64,000 nt of DNA. It comes from an archaeon. GTDB taxonomy: Archaea > Nanobdellota > Nanobdellia > Pacearchaeales > GW2011-AR1. The notes under the pieces were generated by a model. It had not been told where the DNA came from, searched no databases, and saw only the letters and a program-made list of their open reading frames with translations. Where the stretch lies: positions 25,866 through 89,865 of the forward strand of contig JAYONY010000003.1 of NCBI GenBank assembly GCA_038121585.1, in the 5' to 3' direction. Both the position numbers and the translations under genes were made by a program. Each line of letters opens with the position of its first letter. Position 1 is the first letter of the stretch. Positions 59,607 to 64,000 of the stretch are shown here, in pieces.

Positions 59607-62600
59607 AACGATATATCATTCTAACACTTTTACTCCTCGGGATGGTGAGTGGCCAGGTCCAAACCTGTGTTCAAAGCGTTACTGACGGCGTGTGCGTTGA
59701 ATATGCACCAGACGAATGCGCAAGTCAGTGTCAAGGAACATGCGTTCCAACACCATCAGATAACATCCCTGATTGTGCACTTGGGTATTGTGTAAGCCCT
59801 ACTACCGGAATGTGTGATCAGCAAGTACCCCACATAACCTGTGAAGCACTCGGAGGGGTGTGGTCAGCAACACCACTTGTGCAGTGTAATCTCGGATGTT
59901 GTCAATCAGCAGAAGGGGTCTTATTTAACACAGAAGCTGCATGTACGCAATACAGCGATATCACAGGAGTAGATACCACATGGCAAGGAGGACTAACTGA
60001 GCAAGAATGCCTTGTACTCAATCAAGTACAAGAAGAAGGAGCATGCCTCTTTGAAAATGAATTTGAGCCAAATGAATGTTCGTTTACAAGCACCTCTGAA
60101 TGTGCATCACTCGGCGGACAATTCTACCCAGGTTATTTATGCACTCATCCAGATTTAGGAACGGATTATGAAAAACAAGCAACAACAGGGTGCGTTGATG
60201 GTCGCGATGAAGTGTTCTGGTTTGACTCTGAAGGAAATCGAGAAAACGTGTATGATGCTAACAAAGTACGGAGTTTTAACGATGGCTTCTTGCAAAGCAC
60301 CCCTGAATGTGACCTCGCACTAGCAAACGATCCACTCGGCAATCAAGCAACGTGTGGAGCGTGCCAACGAGTAGGAAGTTTTGTAAGCACTACATGTGGC
60401 ACCCCAACACCAGGGGATGCACAGCCAGCAGAAGGCTCATTTGTTTGTCGCGACCTAACCTGCACAGATGATCAAGGAAACACTCGCCAACATGGAGAAT
60501 CGTGGTGTGCGTATGAAGGAGTAGTTGGATTTGCAGGGGAATCAAACGATGGACGAAGCCGTGACGTCCCAGGAAGTTCACATTACCGCATGGTTTGTAA
60601 TAATGGAGAAGTCGTTATTGACCAATGTCAAACAGCACGGCGAGAAATTTGTATTGAAAGTCAAGTAACAGGCCAGAGTAATGCAGATTGTAGAATTAAC
60701 GCATGGCAACAATGTGTATTTTACAATTCTGAACCAGACACCATGGTAGAAGATTGCACGAATGATGCATATTGCTCACTTAAGGAAGTTGCAGTTGATT
60801 CAGGCTTTGCATTCTCACGATGCGTTCCCCGCTTCCCACCGGGCTTTATTGAAGGGAACACTCGCAGCGAAGTTAGTGCAGAATCACTCTGTAGTTTAGC
60901 GAGTCAAAGCTGTGTTATATCCTACCAAAAAAGAAGCCTAGGAGGAGGGTATCGATGCATTAAGAATTGTAATTGTCGTGGCGCGATTTTTACTCAGACA
61001 ATGAATAACTTTTGCACGAGCCTCGGGGACTGTGGAGCAGCATACAATGTTGCAGGAACCTACACCGACACAGGGATGTCCTTTGCTGGAAAAGCACCCC
61101 CACCAACACAAGAGTATATTGATGCGCTCGGACTCATAGAAGCAGAAGAAGGAGCGTATATTGATGCTGCAGGATTTGAGATTAAAGATAATGCAGCAAT
61201 AACCGAGAATTTAGTTAGAGAGATAAACCAAATGCCCGTTAGCGCAGATGGCCTACACTTTGGAGAGTGGGACCGACTTCTTTTCGCGTGGGAAGAATAT
61301 CTCTCAAATCTTGGAAATCCAATAGATTTTGTGAATGCACTTTGGACAACCGCATGGGGCAATATCTTTGGAGGATTCGGTGAAGGTAAAACACGCTATG
61401 CTACTTTTGAATGCTTACCCTGGGATGCTCCCAGAGGAGGAGACGATTGCAGTGCGTGTGATGATAATGGACTCGGATGTACGGAATACAAGTGTTCAAC
61501 ACTTGGCAATTGTGAGTTCTTATTTGAAAATGAAGGCATTGAAGGGGCCCCGCTCTGTGTTGCCAATGATGTTAATGACGTTAATCCACCAGTTATTAGT
61601 CCAGGAACACTCGAAGGGAATCAACCATACGAATATGTTAATGTAGGGCCAAATGGGTTTACTATCCAACAAACAGACGGTAGTTGCCTCGAAGAATATA
61701 GCGCTGTAACAATATCGGTTGCAACAGATGAAGTGGCACGATGTAGAATTTCTGCAGAACCAGGACTTACGTACAGTTCCATGGAACACTTTGGAACACC
61801 AAACTACTTACTTGAACAATCTGAAACAGTGCCTATCCCAAGTCTCTCATCACTTTATCTCGATACACCAATACCGGATGATGTAGGAGATTATACGCTC
61901 TACATGCGATGTACTGACCGCAATGGTAATGGAGAAGAGGTTCAAGAATATGCAATTAATTATTGCATCAGTGAAGGTCTCGACCTTGAACCAGCAGAAA
62001 TAGGACCATTCGTTCCTGAAACAGGAGCTGTAGGGTTTGAAGCTGAAAACTATAATTTCCTCTTCTATGTTGGGGAACCAGCCGAGTGTCGATGGGACAC
62101 TCAAGACCTTGACTATTCGCTCATGCAACACGAAGCAGTATGTGCAACAGATTTCTTTGCAGGAACACTACAAGGATGGCCGTGTATTGTGCAAACACCA
62201 GTTGAAGATTTAGGCCCAACACTATATGTACGATGCCTTGACCAACCATGGATTGATGACCCAGACTTTGAAGCAACAGTTGAGGGCGCAGCACGCAACG
62301 CAAACCAGCAAAGTCAAACATACGATGTAGACTTTAGTACGAGCCCACTTGTAATTGAAGTTGTTAACCCAACAGGCGATGAACCAATTGTGACTGGGGC
62401 ACCACCAGCAATAATCGACTTAGAAATTACAACTTCAGGTGGACTTAACGGCAACGCACAATGTGAAGTAAGCTTTAATGGAGGGGTACAATACACCCCA
62501 TTCTTTACAACAGGCGGAAGCACGCATGAATACAATAATTTGCAAGCATACGACCAGGGCGACTACACCTATGATATGCAATGCATTGATACTGCAAGTA

Positions 62601-62890
62601 ATGAAGCTAACGCAAGTGTAACATTTACTGCAATCGTAGATACTGCGGGACCAACTATTACTCGCGCGTATGAGCTTAATGGATTGCTCCACGTAATAAC
62701 TAATGAACCTGGAGACTGCTCCTACAGCCTTGGAAGCTGTACGTTTGCATTTGATGATGGCCTGACCATGAGCAGTTTTGACATGGAACACACAACAGCA
62801 TATGAACAAGGACTCACTAAATATGTGAAGTGTCAAGACGAATTTGAGAATATAGGGCAATGCGTTGCCCTAGGTGGCGGGTATGCATAA
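59603..62890 (+). CDS. Large secreted Cys-rich protein with C-terminal Ig-like repeats
   Basis: Signal peptide, dozens of Cys, TDE.A.CR / YxRCxD repeats. Confidence 0.8.
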   Translation: MKRYIILTLLLLGMVSGQVQTCVQSVTDGVCVEYAPDECASQCQGTCVPTPSDNIPDCALGYCVSPTTGMCDQQVPHITCEALGGVWSATPLVQCNLGCCQSAEGVLFNTEAACTQYSDITGVDTTWQGGLTEQECLVLNQVQEEGACLFENEFEPNECSFTSTSECASLGGQFYPGYLCTHPDLGTDYEKQATTGCVDGRDEVFWFDSEGNRENVYDANKVRSFNDGFLQSTPECDLALANDPLGNQATCGACQRVGSFVSTTCGTPTPGDAQPAEGSFVCRDLTCTDDQGNTRQHGESWCAYEGVVGFAGESNDGRSRDVPGSSHYRMVCNNGEVVIDQCQTARREICIESQVTGQSNADCRINAWQQCVFYNSEPDTMVEDCTNDAYCSLKEVAVDSGFAFSRCVPRFPPGFIEGNTRSEVSAESLCSLASQSCVISYQKRSLGGGYRCIKNCNCRGAIFTQTMNNFCTSLGDCGAAYNVAGTYTDTGMSFAGKAPPPTQEYIDALGLIEAEEGAYIDAAGFEIKDNAAITENLVREINQMPVSADGLHFGEWDRLLFAWEEYLSNLGNPIDFVNALWTTAWGNIFGGFGEGKTRYATFECLPWDAPRGGDDCSACDDNGLGCTEYKCSTLGNCEFLFENEGIEGAPLCVANDVNDVNPPVISPGTLEGNQPYEYVNVGPNGFTIQQTDGSCLEEYSAVTISVATDEVARCRISAEPGLTYSSMEHFGTPNYLLEQSETVPIPSLSSLYLDTPIPDDVGDYTLYMRCTDRNGNGEEVQEYAINYCISEGLDLEPAEIGPFVPETGAVGFEAENYNFLFYVGEPAECRWDTQDLDYSLMQHEAVCATDFFAGTLQGWPCIVQTPVEDLGPTLYVRCLDQPWIDDPDFEATVEGAARNANQQSQTYDVDFSTSPLVIEVVNPTGDEPIVTGAPPAIIDLEITTSGGLNGNAQCEVSFNGGVQYTPFFTTGGSTHEYNNLQAYDQGDYTYDMQCIDTASNEANASVTFTAIVDTAGPTITRAYELNGLLHVITNEPGDCSYSLGSCTFAFDDGLTMSSFDMEHTTAYEQGLTKYVKCQDEFENIGQCVALGGGYA

Positions 62891-62928
62891 AGCTAAAGGA
62901 TTAAAAATATAGAGGGACTCAGTAGACT

Positions 62929-63693
62929 ATGCGCGGAAAAAAAGGACAGGTGACACTATTTATTTTCATAGCACTTTTGATTGTAGGAGCGCTAGTCGTG
63001 TATCAATTTTTCCCAGAATTTTTACCTGCACAACTCCAAACTGATGTTCGACCAACCAAATACTTACAGGAATGTATTAGTCCACACGTCGAAGAGATCA
63101 CTGCAGCAGTGTATACCCAAGGAGGGTATATCGACCCAACTCACTCACTAACCTACAGAGATACTGAAATACAATACTTGTGTTATACCGATGCAAATTT
63201 TGAACCGTGCCTCGTTATGCAACCGCTACTGCGCCAACACGTTGAAAACGAACTCGAAGACTACCTCACCCCCATAGCACAAACATGCGTTCGTGATCTT
63301 GAAGCAGAATATGAATCTCGCGGATTCACCGTACAAAGTTCGCTTGGAGATATGGAAGCAGAGTATGTTCCTGGAACACTCGAACTAAACTTTGATTCAA
63401 CCATGACCATAACCGGTGAAGGAACACAACAATTCGATCGGTTCGGGGTGAGCATTCCTTCAGAAATGTATAATTTACTCCTAACCGCGACAAATATTAT
63501 TCAGTTCGAATCAGTGTATGGGGATTCTGAAACGTTAGCATACATGCAGTTTTATCCTGATCTAAAAGTAGAAAAGATAAAAAGGGATGAGGATACCGTA
63601 TATATACTCACAAATGTCTTAACAGACGAGTCATTTACGTTTGCAACACGAAGCCTCGTCTGGCCGGCAGGATATGGAGCAAACGAACTATGA
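62929..63693 (+). CDS. Pilin-like protein with class III signal peptide
   Basis: KKG|QVTLFIFIAL; paralog of 58827..59606. Confidence 0.8.
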   Translation: MRGKKGQVTLFIFIALLIVGALVVYQFFPEFLPAQLQTDVRPTKYLQECISPHVEEITAAVYTQGGYIDPTHSLTYRDTEIQYLCYTDANFEPCLVMQPLLRQHVENELEDYLTPIAQTCVRDLEAEYESRGFTVQSSLGDMEAEYVPGTLELNFDSTMTITGEGTQQFDRFGVSIPSEMYNLLLTATNIIQFESVYGDSETLAYMQFYPDLKVEKIKRDEDTVYILTNVLTDESFTFATRSLVWPAGYGANEL

Positions 63694-64000
63694 AAAAACT
63701 AGGATTACTTTTTGGATTAACGATACTGCTACTTACGTTTGCAAGCGCACAAACAAGCACTGTTTGTTGTGAGCAGACAACGTCAGGAGCGTTATGTCAA
63801 AACGTTCCTGCATCAGAATGTGCTCCAGGAGCGCAACAAGTACCGACGGCATGTAGTTCAACCAGTTTTTGTCAACCAGGCGTCTGCTTTGACTCAACAG
63901 AAGGGATTTGCATGAGTAACACACCACAGCTTGTCTGTAATGACAATGGAGGCATTTGGAGTGCTACGGACGTACCACAATGTGAACTTGGGTGTTGCAT
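63690..64000 (+). CDS. Secreted Cys-rich protein, paralog of 59603..62890 (partial)
   Basis: MKKLGLLFGL...VCCEQT..GALCQ...VPT.C...G.C...GG.WSAT...QCELGCC. Confidence 0.8.
   Translation, partial: MKKLGLLFGLTILLLTFASAQTSTVCCEQTTSGALCQNVPASECAPGAQQVPTACSSTSFCQPGVCFDSTEGICMSNTPQLVCNDNGGIWSATDVPQCELGCC

Overview
This is core chromosome of a DPANN archaeon, most likely Pacearchaeota. The lineage is inferred from the fused PriS-PriL primase, form III-type RuBisCO, class II LysRS and divergent rRNA. The window holds the proteasome/exosome gene cluster, eno, rps2, a 16S-tRNA(Ala)-23S locus with no linked 5S, an RNase P RNA, tRNA-Phe, rps19e/rpl39e/rpl31e, cbf5, trmY, lysS, a doublet histone, hjc, two toxin-antitoxin pairs, a redox cluster, primase and PCNA. 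Many secreted or surface proteins are interspersed (dockerin-like, PepSY, S-layer-like, pilin-like, Cys-rich). Most notable: (1) a bacterial-type sigma-70-like gene in an archaeal genome; (2) surface proteins with Planctomycetota-style FxRGD dockerin-like modules, which with (1) suggest interaction with a bacterial partner; (3) recurring short inserts, often hairpin-rich, flanked by duplicated gene ends (tRNA-Phe, NFACT, yhbY, acylphosphatase, antitoxin, PCNA); (4) a heavily substituted 23S peptidyl-transferase centre; (5) a membrane-anchored regulator next to a conserved triple-GTTCC promoter motif; (6) a Cys-less ThyA homolog linked to RuBisCO. No CRISPR array, integrase or transposase was seen. 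All calls come from reading motifs by eye; no searches were run.
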